This document shows, piece after piece, positions 48,540 to 58,384 of a stretch of DNA of 64,000 bases (the first letter of the stretch is position 1; each line of letters begins with the position of its first letter). Position numbers and translations under genes: made by a program. The stretch is from a virus. The stretch lies in the IMG/VR virus record IMGVR_UViG_3300025276_000022, one strand, 5' to 3'. The notes beneath the pieces are model-generated. The model saw only the letters and a list, made by a program, of their open reading frames with translations. It ran no database searches and was not told the DNA's origin.

Positions 48540-50027
48540 ATGATTGCGACGAACTCTACCCACATACATAAAATTGTTTGCGAAGAACTTGTGTCTAAAT
48601 CTCATGAGGCGTACACCTACAAGTGGACTATCAAAGACCCTGATAGCAATAAAACCTATTTTTATGGTGGTCGCAGACATAACGAGTATCAGCCTAATGC
48701 GTATATGCATTCAAGTAAGAATGCTAAATTTCTTGACATTCTTAGTAAGAGTAAGGATGTAACATATGAGGTCACTTCTGTAGGTACTCATGAAGAGGCA
48801 GCGCTCGAAGAGGCTCGAATGTTAACAGACTCTAAAGCTAAGAGTTCAGAATATTGGTTTAACTCTACCAATGGTTTAGGTGGTAAAGGTGGTAAAGGTG
48901 TTGGTAAAACATTATTTTTAGACACTCTCACTAGTGAGATGAAACGTCTTATGAACGGTGAAGAAAACCTTAAACCAGACCAAGTCGGGCCTATGGGTAT
49001 CACCAAGGGCAACTACTCAAAAGCAGATTTAAGAGATATTGTTGTTATCCGACAACAATTCGTACAAACGCGTTCATACCAATTTAATTCCTCTCACGTA
49101 TCTACTTTGGCGGAAGGGTTTGATAAGAAATCTGACCCAAATGAATGGGAACCTATTGTCGTTCTTCTGGATGCTAAGGTAATAGATAACAAAGTAGTAT
49201 ATTGTGACAAAGGTGGCGTAGTTGTTATTTCAGGTAATCACCGTTCGCGTGGTTTAGTACGTTCTACTAATGGAGTATCTTTGAATGCCTATAACATTCC
49301 CCATAAGTCTTGGGAAAAATTAGACGACATAGACATGAGAACGTTATCTAATAGATTTAACCCAAACCCTGAAAAACCTGTACTCAAGCAAGACCCTGAA
49401 GCGGCCGCAGCATGGGTCTTGGGTTGGTGTGAAAATAGAGGTCTAACAAAGATTGCTGATGATGGAGTTACAAAGATACCTGATATTAAACACTCCCTCG
49501 TTAAAAAGGAACTTATCGAAGTTAATAACTACACTCAGGGCGATTTCAATAGTGTTATAAAAGAGTGCCAGAAAAAAATCGAGAAACAATTTATAGCTGA
49601 TGGAGATAATATGCTAGATTGGGCAGACGCGGCTATGTCTCTAGACCCTGTCTTAGCTGGTACCCTTGACCATTATAAAACGAGGTTAATAGACGAAGGG
49701 CAACATACCGATGTTTATAAGATTTCAGGTAAGGTTCTTAACTGGGGTAAACTCTCAGATAGGATTTATGATAAAAAACAATGCGAGATTAAGACCCATC
49801 ATAACTTATTGGTATTAGTGTACCATGCGACTAAGGAAGATATGAAGGAGTGTAAAAAGGGTCTATATAAAAAATGTAAAGTATTCTCAGATGATTTTAT
49901 TGCGGGTAAACCAGACCGTAAAATTGAGTATATGCATCTGCCTATCACCAAGTCATACCTTCAATATAAAAGCCCGTTGAAGCTTGACTATGATATTGTT
50001 TGCGATAAACTAGTAGAAGGTTTGTAA
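48540..50027 (+). CDS. Hypothetical protein: degenerate GIY-YIG/Seg-like N-terminus plus ParB/Srx-like domain
   Basis: AYTYKWT...YFYGGRRH...YMHSS and WFN; EPIVV...VISGNHRSRG. Confidence 0.5.
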   Translation: MIATNSTHIHKIVCEELVSKSHEAYTYKWTIKDPDSNKTYFYGGRRHNEYQPNAYMHSSKNAKFLDILSKSKDVTYEVTSVGTHEEAALEEARMLTDSKAKSSEYWFNSTNGLGGKGGKGVGKTLFLDTLTSEMKRLMNGEENLKPDQVGPMGITKGNYSKADLRDIVVIRQQFVQTRSYQFNSSHVSTLAEGFDKKSDPNEWEPIVVLLDAKVIDNKVVYCDKGGVVVISGNHRSRGLVRSTNGVSLNAYNIPHKSWEKLDDIDMRTLSNRFNPNPEKPVLKQDPEAAAAWVLGWCENRGLTKIADDGVTKIPDIKHSLVKKELIEVNNYTQGDFNSVIKECQKKIEKQFIADGDNMLDWADAAMSLDPVLAGTLDHYKTRLIDEGQHTDVYKISGKVLNWGKLSDRIYDKKQCEIKTHHNLLVLVYHATKEDMKECKKGLYKKCKVFSDDFIAGKPDRKIEYMHLPITKSYLQYKSPLKLDYDIVCDKLVEGL

Positions 50028-50894
50028 TTGATACGAGACTTACTTATCGACCACATAACAGGAAAGGTGCCGCACGATAAGGTTGCGGTACTTCTTTCTG
50101 GTGGTGTTGACAGTATCAGTGTGGCAATCGCTGCACAGGATGCTGGGAAGACTGTACACGCGTATAGTTTCCATCTCGAAGGACAACCATCTTATGACCA
50201 TGCGAAGGCAAAAGAAGTCGCAGAAATCATGGGGTGGGAGTTCACCACTATTATCGTCCCTACTGATAACCTAGTTGAAGACTGGCACCGACTAGTCAAA
50301 CATGGTTGTCGCAAGAAATCCCACTACGAAGCCGCAGTGTTTCCCTTCCTCTATTGTTATGAAAACATGTTAGAAGAATACTGTATTACTGGATGGGGTG
50401 CAGACGCCTACTTCGGTTGCAGTAAGAAAGCAATGATACGATACTCTTCTTTTAAAAAGAAGCGCAACTACGTCAAGTACTGTAAAGAGAACAACCAGAC
50501 GAGAGTTAACTGGAATGAGTTCCGTAATGCCTATCTAGACGGAGACTGTGCAGGACTACAGCAACACACCAATCTTGCAGAGAAGCATGGTAAGGTGCAT
50601 GTCACTCCATATCTAGACCCACGCGTACGCGAGTACTTTATGAAGTTTTCGTGGGAAGAACTCAACAAACCAAAACAAAAGAATATAATCCGTGAAGAAT
50701 TTAATATTGAAGATCTGTTTGGGAAAGTCAAGCCCCATATCAATCTTCAGTTGGGTAGTGGTATTGATACACTGTTCGAGACTCTTCTGGATAATCCGGA
50801 GGTAAACTATAAAAGAAGACAGCGAGTGATGGACATGTGCCGCGACTGGTACACCGATCATACTACTTCTAATCTTTCTGATTTCATGTCTTGA
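50028..50894 (+). CDS. Asparagine-synthetase-like ATP-dependent amide ligase (no glutaminase domain)
   Basis: LLSGGVDS PP-loop; TGWGADAYFG; PYLD; K..IR. Confidence 0.75.
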   Translation: MIRDLLIDHITGKVPHDKVAVLLSGGVDSISVAIAAQDAGKTVHAYSFHLEGQPSYDHAKAKEVAEIMGWEFTTIIVPTDNLVEDWHRLVKHGCRKKSHYEAAVFPFLYCYENMLEEYCITGWGADAYFGCSKKAMIRYSSFKKKRNYVKYCKENNQTRVNWNEFRNAYLDGDCAGLQQHTNLAEKHGKVHVTPYLDPRVREYFMKFSWEELNKPKQKNIIREEFNIEDLFGKVKPHINLQLGSGIDTLFETLLDNPEVNYKRRQRVMDMCRDWYTDHTTSNLSDFMS

Positions 50895-50919
50895 CAGACT
50901 CTCCTAATCAAGGTATAAT
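50891..50919 (+). promoter_or_regulatory. sigma70 promoter, probably leaderless (gp43)
   Basis: TTGACA-17 bp-TATAAT with ATG 6 nt later. Confidence 0.75.
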
Positions 50920-50925
50920 AGCCCC

Positions 50926-53403
50926 ATGACAAAATTTTACTCTTCTGCTATCCGTATGGGTAAGCACATTCTATATCGCGGTTACGAGAACGGCCTACAG
51001 GTCAAGAAACGTATTCCATTCCAACCTAAACTATATGTCACCAGTCAGAACGAATCTGATTGGAAGACTCTGGACGGTCTCCCCGTTGCCGAGTGCGTCT
51101 TGGACTCTATGTCTGATGCGACTGACTTCCTCAAGAAGTATGCTGATGTGCATAACTTCAAGGTATATGGTAACAACAATTACGTTGCCCAGTATATCGG
51201 TGAACAATTTCCCAATAAGATAAACTTCGACCGCGATCTAATCCGGACTGCCAATATCGATATCGAGGTTTATAGTAAGGAAGGTTTCCCTGAGCCAGGC
51301 AAGGCTGCATATCCAGTGACCTCTATTACAATGCGCAAGAATGATGGCACCTACTGGGTGTGGGCATGTGGAGACTATGTCACTACTCGTGAAGAAGTCC
51401 TCTATATCAAATGCGACAACGAGATGGATCTTCTCCGCAAGTTTATTGAGCACTGGTCTCACTACGCTCCTGACATTCTGACAGGTTGGAACAGTCGGTT
51501 CTTCGATATCCCATACATCGTTAACCGTTGCGTTAACCTGTTCGGTGATGACACGTTATTGAAACGACTATCTCCTTGGGGTGCGGTACGTGAACGTAAT
51601 GTAACTATTCAAGGTCGCGCCAATCAGGAATACGTGATTGAAGGTGTCGAGCACCTAGATTACATTGAAATCTTTAAGAAGTTCACACTCAACACTCTGG
51701 GTCAACAAGAATCCTATCGTCTAGACCATATCGCCCACGTTGTCTTGGGTGAACGCAAGTTGTCCTATGAGGAGCACGGAAACCTCCACGCTCTTTATGA
51801 AAACGACTTCCAAAAGTTTATTGACTATAACATCAAAGACGTGGAGTTGGTTCACAAGATCGATGAGAAACTCGACTTGATTACTCTGGTACTCACCATG
51901 GCATATCGTGGTGGTGTTAACTATGGTGACACACTTGGTACTACTAACATCTGGGACAGCATCATCTACCGTATGCTGAACAAGATGAAGGTCGTAGTTC
52001 CTTCCAAATCTGAGAAGCCTAAGACTTCATATCCGGGCGGTTATGTTAAAGAACCTCAAGTTGGGTCACACGACTGGGTTACCTCTTTTGATTTGGCGTC
52101 TCTATATCCCAACATCATTGTTCAATATAACATGTCACCTGAGACTGTGATGGACGGTTTCCATAATGGTGTAAGCGTCGATAAGTTTCTTGATGGATCA
52201 TACAAGGTATCTGAGTCTAACGTCTCTATTGCGCCAACTGGAGTCGCTTTCTCACATGATAGAGAGGGGGTCATTCCTACGGTGATTAAACAATACTACA
52301 CGGAACGTAGTCTTATCAAGAAGGAGATGTTGAAACTCCAGCAGGAATACCAGAAGAATCCGACTAATGCTTTGGCCTATAGGATATCGTCACTGGACAA
52401 CCAACAGATGGCTATCAAGATTCTTATGAACTCCCTCTATGGTGCGCTCGGTAATCGATACTTCCGTTACTTTGATCAACGTGTTGCAGAGTCAATTACT
52501 CTTGCAGGGCAACTTGCAATCAAATGGGCAGAGAGAGCAGCCAATAATGAGATGCAGAAACTTCTTAAAACAGATGAAGATTATGTTGTAGCAATTGACA
52601 CGGATTCTCTATACATTCGTATGTCTGCCCTTGTGGATAAGTTTTCTCCTAAAGACCCTGTAAAGTTTCTTGACAAGATATGTTCCGAGCACTTCGAGAA
52701 AGTTCTGGAAAATTCTTATAATGAGATGGCAGAAGTTACTGGTGCGTACGAGAATCGTATGGTGATGGAACGTGAGGTAATCGCAGACCGTGGTATCTGG
52801 ATGGCGAAGAAACGATATATCCTTAATGTGCATAACTCTGAGGGTGTGCAGTACGCAGAACCTAAACTCAAGATGATGGGTATCGAGGCAATCAAGTCAT
52901 CGACTCCTTCGGTTGTCCGTGACAAGATGAAAGAAATCTTCCGCGTCATTGTAGAAGGTACCGAGGAAACCACCCAGAGATTTATCCGTGAGTTCAAGAC
53001 TCTGTTTAATACATTACCACCCGAAGATGTTTCGTGGCCCCGTGGTATCTCTAATCTCGATAAGTGGAAAGACCGAGAGACTATTTTCAAGAAGGGTACT
53101 CCCATACATGTTCGCGGTGCGTTATGTTATAACAATCTAATCAAGGAGAATAATCTTGGTAATAGATATGAACTGGTCAAGCCAGGCGAGAAGGTAAAGT
53201 TCGTCTATCTAAAAGTACCGAATCGTCTGGGTGAAAACGTTGTGGCATATCCTCAACATCTCCCCGAAGAACTGGGACTGGGTAAGTATATCGATTACGA
53301 CTTAATGTTCAGTAAGACTTTCATTGCCCCTCTCGAACCAATTCTTGATGCAGTCGGTTGGGCTTCTGAACCTCGTGCCACATTGGAGGACTTCTTCGGA
53401 TGA
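50926..53403 (+). CDS. gp43: Family B DNA polymerase
   Basis: DIEV; FDIPY; SFDLASLYP; [13 protein letters not shown]; DTDS; KKRY; C-terminal LEDFF clamp-binding motif. Confidence 0.97.
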   Translation: MTKFYSSAIRMGKHILYRGYENGLQVKKRIPFQPKLYVTSQNESDWKTLDGLPVAECVLDSMSDATDFLKKYADVHNFKVYGNNNYVAQYIGEQFPNKINFDRDLIRTANIDIEVYSKEGFPEPGKAAYPVTSITMRKNDGTYWVWACGDYVTTREEVLYIKCDNEMDLLRKFIEHWSHYAPDILTGWNSRFFDIPYIVNRCVNLFGDDTLLKRLSPWGAVRERNVTIQGRANQEYVIEGVEHLDYIEIFKKFTLNTLGQQESYRLDHIAHVVLGERKLSYEEHGNLHALYENDFQKFIDYNIKDVELVHKIDEKLDLITLVLTMAYRGGVNYGDTLGTTNIWDSIIYRMLNKMKVVVPSKSEKPKTSYPGGYVKEPQVGSHDWVTSFDLASLYPNIIVQYNMSPETVMDGFHNGVSVDKFLDGSYKVSESNVSIAPTGVAFSHDREGVIPTVIKQYYTERSLIKKEMLKLQQEYQKNPTNALAYRISSLDNQQMAIKILMNSLYGALGNRYFRYFDQRVAESITLAGQLAIKWAERAANNEMQKLLKTDEDYVVAIDTDSLYIRMSALVDKFSPKDPVKFLDKICSEHFEKVLENSYNEMAEVTGAYENRMVMEREVIADRGIWMAKKRYILNVHNSEGVQYAEPKLKMMGIEAIKSSTPSVVRDKMKEIFRVIVEGTEETTQRFIREFKTLFNTLPPEDVSWPRGISNLDKWKDRETIFKKGTPIHVRGALCYNNLIKENNLGNRYELVKPGEKVKFVYLKVPNRLGENVVAYPQHLPEELGLGKYIDYDLMFSKTFIAPLEPILDAVGWASEPRATLEDFFG

Positions 53404-53816
53404 TCACAGACTTTTGCGTTATATGCGGAACGAAAGAAAATCTTCATAACCATCATATTGTTTGTAAGAAGAGTAAACTGAAACCAATATCTGGCGACAT
53501 TGATCATTATACAAACCTCATAACTCTCTGTGGAGAACATCATGGGTGGATTCATGGTATGAAACCTAATAGATTCAATGACAATAACCGTTTAAGAACG
53601 GCTGGAATAAAGAAAGCACAGAAAGAAGGAAAGTATCTTGGACGTGTTCCAACTGCGCAAAGAAAGTCTAAAGAGATTCAGAGATTGCATTCAGAAGGAA
53701 TGAAACCGGCATTAATTGCAAAGGAACTCAACATAGGAGTCGCGAGTGTCTACCGATATAGAGAAAAAGAAAAAAAACAAAAGCAAATGACAGATCAAGC
53801 GCAATTCTTCGGTTGA
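53400..53816 (+). mobile_element. Free-standing HNH homing endonuclease-like gene with C-terminal HTH
   Basis: CVICG..HNHHI...NLITLCGEHHGWIH; GKYLGR...IAKELNIGVASVYRY resolvase-type HTH. Confidence 0.7.
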
Positions 53817-53841
53817 CAGACACCCAACGTTATGGTATAAT
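53813..53841 (+). promoter_or_regulatory. sigma70 promoter, probably leaderless
   Basis: TTGACA-17 bp-TATAAT with ATG 6 nt later. Confidence 0.75.
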
Positions 53842-53847
53842 GGCCAC

Positions 53848-54789
53848 ATGAATTACGAATTAACTATATTTAAAAATCAGTTCGATAACAAGACCCATCG
53901 TCATATGGTTCTTGACGATTGGTATAAGTTCGTAAATGTCCTGAAGAACATGTATAAAGAGAAAGGAGAGAAAGGTGGAAATAATTCTAGTCCTCTTGTT
54001 AGTCCTGCTGTTTTCGAAGTGGATACTACGCGTAGTAATAAATCTACTCGCTATTGGGGTGGGTGGTGTTGCGTTGATGTTGATGATCATAATTTCTCTA
54101 GCGATGTTCGAGTCCTTAACCAAGAGTTGCACGAACTCTTTGGCCAGTACGACTACGTTGTGTACAACACTGCATCAAGCAGAGACGACCATCTCAAGTT
54201 TAGAATCGTATTTCGACTAGATGAACATATCGATAATGCTCGGATCAAGGCATTCTGGTATGCACTGAATACTGAACTGGGTGAGATGGGAGATCCACAG
54301 ACCAAAGATCTTGCACGTATGTATTATGTTCCTGCACAGTACCCTAATGCGACTTCGTTCTTCATTACTAATCAAGGGTCTGCTCTAAACACATCTGAGT
54401 TGATCGCAAAACATCCTTACCATGAAAAGACTGGTAATTCTTTCTTAGACAGACTACCTGTAGAGATGCAACAGGCAGTTATACAACATCGTAAGGACAG
54501 TCTAAATAATACCGACTACAATTGGTCGACATACCGTGACTGTCCGTTCTGGCCCAAACGATTGGGTGTAGAGTACCAAACTATCAATGATGGTGGTTGG
54601 TACGCTAAGATGTATAAGATTATGCTTGCAGTTGCTGGGAATGCATATGCGAAAGGTTACCCTATCACCGCAAGTCAGATCTCAGATATGTGTCGTGATT
54701 TTGATCGTGAGACAGGTAACTGGTATGAAAACCGCCCATTGACCGTAGAGGCTGATAGGGCATTAGAATATATTTACAGGAATAGTTAA
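53848..54789 (+). CDS. AEP-superfamily primase/primase-polymerase-like protein
   Basis: CVDVDD (DxD); YNTASS...KFRIVF.L; DPQTKDLARMYYVP. Confidence 0.65.
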   Translation: MNYELTIFKNQFDNKTHRHMVLDDWYKFVNVLKNMYKEKGEKGGNNSSPLVSPAVFEVDTTRSNKSTRYWGGWCCVDVDDHNFSSDVRVLNQELHELFGQYDYVVYNTASSRDDHLKFRIVFRLDEHIDNARIKAFWYALNTELGEMGDPQTKDLARMYYVPAQYPNATSFFITNQGSALNTSELIAKHPYHEKTGNSFLDRLPVEMQQAVIQHRKDSLNNTDYNWSTYRDCPFWPKRLGVEYQTINDGGWYAKMYKIMLAVAGNAYAKGYPITASQISDMCRDFDRETGNWYENRPLTVEADRALEYIYRNS

Positions 54790-54790
54790 T

Positions 54791-55729
54791 ATGAATAGAG
54801 TATTAGTAACAGGTGCAGCAGGATTTATCGGTTCACAATTATCGGATCGATTACAGAAACGTGGATTGACAGTGAAAGGTATTGATAATTTCAATAACCA
54901 TCTATACACTCCTGAATTAAAAGTAGATCGTATGAAACACTTCGATCTAGATATCTGGGGATGTGATCTAAAGGATGAGATAAAGCTCGAAGCGTTATTG
55001 AGAGACTTCCGTCCAGACACTATTATTCATCTTGCCGCAATGGCAGGCGTTCGTGATTCTATGGGAAAAGAGAAGTCGTACCACGCAAATAACATAGATG
55101 CTACACAGAACCTTATTGATATCTGTAAACAACATCTACCAGAGACTCGCATTGTATATGCGTCAACGTCTTGTGTATATGCTGGATCCCCGACTCCGTG
55201 GACAGAAGGTGAAGAGACTGGTAAACAATTAAACGCATATGGTTATACCAAGTGGGCGAATGAATGTCAGATGCAATCGTCTGGTCTAAACACAACTGGT
55301 CTACGTTTCTTCACAGTATATGGCCCTTGGGGTCGTCCTGATATGGCTTTGTTTGACTTTACTAAAAATATACTTGACGGAAAGGAAATAACCGTGTATA
55401 ATTACGGTAAGATGAAGAGAGACTTCACTTTCGTAGAAGATATCCTAGACGGTATTGAAGTTGTCTTAGACAATGACGATCTATCGGGAGAGATATTTAA
55501 TATCGGACGTGGTGAACAAGTCGAGTTGCTAGACTTCATTGGTGAGATCGAGAAACAAACTGGGAAGAAAGCAATTAAGAATCTTGCTCCCCAACATCCT
55601 GCGGATACTTTAGAGACTTGGTCTAATACTGCTAAGTTACAAGCACTTGGTTATGACCCGAAGGTAAGTATCGCAGAGGGTGTTGAAAGATTTTACGAAT
55701 GGTTTAAAACTTATAATGGAATCGAATAA
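54791..55729 (+). CDS. NAD-dependent epimerase (UDP-glucuronate 4-epimerase-like)
   Basis: VTGAAGFIG; HLAAMAGVR; Y..TK; LRFFTVYGPWGRPDMA. Confidence 0.9.
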   Translation: MNRVLVTGAAGFIGSQLSDRLQKRGLTVKGIDNFNNHLYTPELKVDRMKHFDLDIWGCDLKDEIKLEALLRDFRPDTIIHLAAMAGVRDSMGKEKSYHANNIDATQNLIDICKQHLPETRIVYASTSCVYAGSPTPWTEGEETGKQLNAYGYTKWANECQMQSSGLNTTGLRFFTVYGPWGRPDMALFDFTKNILDGKEITVYNYGKMKRDFTFVEDILDGIEVVLDNDDLSGEIFNIGRGEQVELLDFIGEIEKQTGKKAIKNLAPQHPADTLETWSNTAKLQALGYDPKVSIAEGVERFYEWFKTYNGIE

Positions 55730-56064
55730 TGAGCAAGAGTAAATTAAGAAAAGCATATGAAGCACGGCTCGGTGATGCAGATGGCGAGTTGAGACTATAT
55801 GACGCTAAAGGTAATGAGATTTATACCGAAACCTCTGACAGTTATTGGGTGAAACGAGAATACGACGCTAAAGGTAATGAGATTTATTGGGAAACCTCTG
55901 ACGGTTATTGGTGTAAACAAGAATACGACGCTAAAGGTAATCAGATTTATTTTGAAACCTCTATGGATGGTGTGGCTTTAGACAAACTAGCTTGTAGCGA
56001 TAAAGTATTTATCGACGAGCAAACTGGTAAGAAGTTTAAAATGGTGGAGGTGAGTGGTGACTAG
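55729..56064 (+). CDS. Small protein with tandem 21-aa YDAKGN repeats
   Basis: 63-bp repeats starting at 55798, 55861 and 55924. Confidence 0.7.
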   Translation: MSKSKLRKAYEARLGDADGELRLYDAKGNEIYTETSDSYWVKREYDAKGNEIYWETSDGYWCKQEYDAKGNQIYFETSMDGVALDKLACSDKVFIDEQTGKKFKMVEVSGD

Positions 56065-57043
56065 AGCAACAGCAGACGATGTTAACACACGATTTCGAAT
56101 AGGAATCGTTGGACATGGATTTGTTGGCCAGGCAGTCGAGTATGCGTTTATGCATCCGCTTGTCGACTTCAACTACTATGACCCCAAATATGAAACCACC
56201 CTTGATACTCTGACAGACGCACCAGCAGATATTCATCCTAAGTGTTTCTTTATATGTGCGCCCACACCATCCGCAGATGACGGTTCGGTAGATTCTTCTA
56301 TCGTGGAAGCTTCGGTGCTTAAATGTCTTAACTATACTGATGCTCTTGTCGTAGTTAAATCTACAATCACCCCCGAATCTATTGACCGTCTTTACTCTGG
56401 TATGAGTAGAGAACAGATCGATCGTTTCGTTTATAACCCTGAGTTCTTGACAGAGAAGAATGCTAAGGCAGACTTCGTCGGTGCTAAGTTCCACGTCATT
56501 GGTGGTATGCCAGTAGCCGCACGAGAACTCATTGACGTGTATGAGATCTTTGGTGCATGTGAGTCTAACGACTATCACCGTATGACCGCATACGAAGCAT
56601 CCTTTGTTAAATATACCATTAACTCATACCTGTCTACTAAGATCACATTCTTCAATCAGTTATATGATCTGGTCAACCTGTATGGTTGTAACTACAATAC
56701 TATTGTTCGTGCAGTAGGTAAAGACGATAGAGTTGGTGTAGGTCACACCCGTGTGCCTGGCTTTGATGGTAAACGAGGATTCGGTGGTGCATGTCTACCC
56801 AAAGATACAAGAGCATTCTTAGACTTTTCGACACATGAGTTTGCTGATGGAACTACAACTAGTTTCGATTTGTTAGAGAAAGTACTTGACATCAATAGTA
56901 CTTATCGTGTACAATACACCCTTGATGAAAGAGAAAAAGTTAATAACATTACATTCGTAAATTTTGGAGGCAAAAATGTCAATAATGGACAAACTAAAGA
57001 AGAACTCGAAGATCAAAGAGACAGCGATCCTATCGACGAGTAA
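56054..57043 (+). CDS. UDP-glucose/GDP-mannose dehydrogenase-like protein (short form)
   Basis: GIVGHGFVG; APTP; KST; YNPEFL; GFGGACLPKD. Confidence 0.85.
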   Translation: MVTRATADDVNTRFRIGIVGHGFVGQAVEYAFMHPLVDFNYYDPKYETTLDTLTDAPADIHPKCFFICAPTPSADDGSVDSSIVEASVLKCLNYTDALVVVKSTITPESIDRLYSGMSREQIDRFVYNPEFLTEKNAKADFVGAKFHVIGGMPVAARELIDVYEIFGACESNDYHRMTAYEASFVKYTINSYLSTKITFFNQLYDLVNLYGCNYNTIVRAVGKDDRVGVGHTRVPGFDGKRGFGGACLPKDTRAFLDFSTHEFADGTTTSFDLLEKVLDINSTYRVQYTLDEREKVNNITFVNFGGKNVNNGQTKEELEDQRDSDPIDE

Positions 57044-58022
57044 ATTCTTCACTGAAAAAGAGATGGTACCGACTGATGTTCCGATGGTGAACGTCGCGTT
57101 ATCTGGTTCTGTAGATGGTGGTATCTCGCCAGGCCTTACAGTTCTTGCAGGGCCATCTAAACACTTTAAGACATCGTTCGCTTTATTGATGGCAGGCGCA
57201 TACCTTGAAGCCAAACCCGATGCAGTGATGTTATTTTATGATTCCGAGTTTGGATCACCTCAGTCATACTTCGCACAGTTTGGTATCGATACTAGTAGAG
57301 TGTTGCATACACCTATAGCAAACGTCGAAGAGTTGAAGTTTGACTTGATCGGTCAACTAGAGAACCTAGACCGCAAAGACGATGTCATTATCGTTATTGA
57401 TTCTATTGGTAACCTTGCGTCTAAGAAAGAACTTGACGATGCACTGAACGAGAAAGGTGTTGCCGACATGTCACGTGCGAAGGCACTGAAAGGTCTGTTC
57501 CGTATGTCAACTCCGTATCTGGCGATGAAGAATATTCCGATGCTTGCAATCAATCACACTTATAAAGAGATTGGCTTGTTTCCGAAAGATGTAGTTAGTG
57601 GTGGTACTGGTATCTATTACTCTGCCGACAATATCTGGATTATCGGTCGTCGACAGAATAAGACGGGTACCGAAGTGACTGGTTATGATTTTGTTATCAA
57701 GGTCGAGAAGTCTCGGTTTGTGAAAGAGCAGTCCAAGATTCCAATCTCTGTATCTTGGGATGGTGGTGTTGAGAAGAACTCTGGTCTCCTCGAAGTTGCA
57801 TTGGCTGGTGGGTATGTTATCAAACCAAGTAATGGTTGGTACTCTCGTTGTCACGGTACTGAAGCAGAAGATAAGAAGTTCCGCACCAAAGATACTTTGA
57901 CCAATGAGTTCTGGGCACCTATTTTCGAAACGAGTGACTTTGCTACATTCCTACAGAAGACTTATCAGATAGGATATAAAAGCGAGATCAACCCTGAATT
58001 GATTCTAGAGGAAATAGTATAA
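56976..58022 (+). CDS. uvsX: RecA-like recombinase UvsX
   Basis: GGAGG RBS; LAGPSKHFKT; FYDSEFG; IDSIGNLAS; VSGGTG.YYSAD. Confidence 0.95.
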   Translation: MSIMDKLKKNSKIKETAILSTSKFFTEKEMVPTDVPMVNVALSGSVDGGISPGLTVLAGPSKHFKTSFALLMAGAYLEAKPDAVMLFYDSEFGSPQSYFAQFGIDTSRVLHTPIANVEELKFDLIGQLENLDRKDDVIIVIDSIGNLASKKELDDALNEKGVADMSRAKALKGLFRMSTPYLAMKNIPMLAINHTYKEIGLFPKDVVSGGTGIYYSADNIWIIGRRQNKTGTEVTGYDFVIKVEKSRFVKEQSKIPISVSWDGGVEKNSGLLEVALAGGYVIKPSNGWYSRCHGTEAEDKKFRTKDTLTNEFWAPIFETSDFATFLQKTYQIGYKSEINPELILEEIV

Positions 58023-58384
58023 TGAAACCCTTAGATCTAGATAAACCTTCGGAGAACATCGACTACAAATTAGTACCTACTGTAGTCGATGGTAAGGACG
58101 CATGGAATGTTGATCTTCTTCGCTCTCCTTTTGGTGATGTAACGATTCGTTTTGAAAATGTACGAATTAATGGTGAAGAGCAAAATATAAGTTTTAGCTT
58201 CGAAGTGGTTGACACAGACGACACAAGTGTGTATAATAGTGATCATGTTGCATTGCAAGAGTTCGCCAGTGAAGTGTTAGGGGACATCCTAGACGCAGCG
58301 ATAGACACTGGCTCATTATATAAAAAGGATACACATGACGGACATCAACCTACAGCAGACGATTCTACGGAATCTACTGACTAA
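58022..58384 (+). CDS. Acidic hypothetical protein (T4 gp40 position)
   Basis: Lies between uvsX and gp41. Confidence 0.55.
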   Translation: MKPLDLDKPSENIDYKLVPTVVDGKDAWNVDLLRSPFGDVTIRFENVRINGEEQNISFSFEVVDTDDTSVYNSDHVALQEFASEVLGDILDAAIDTGSLYKKDTHDGHQPTADDSTESTD

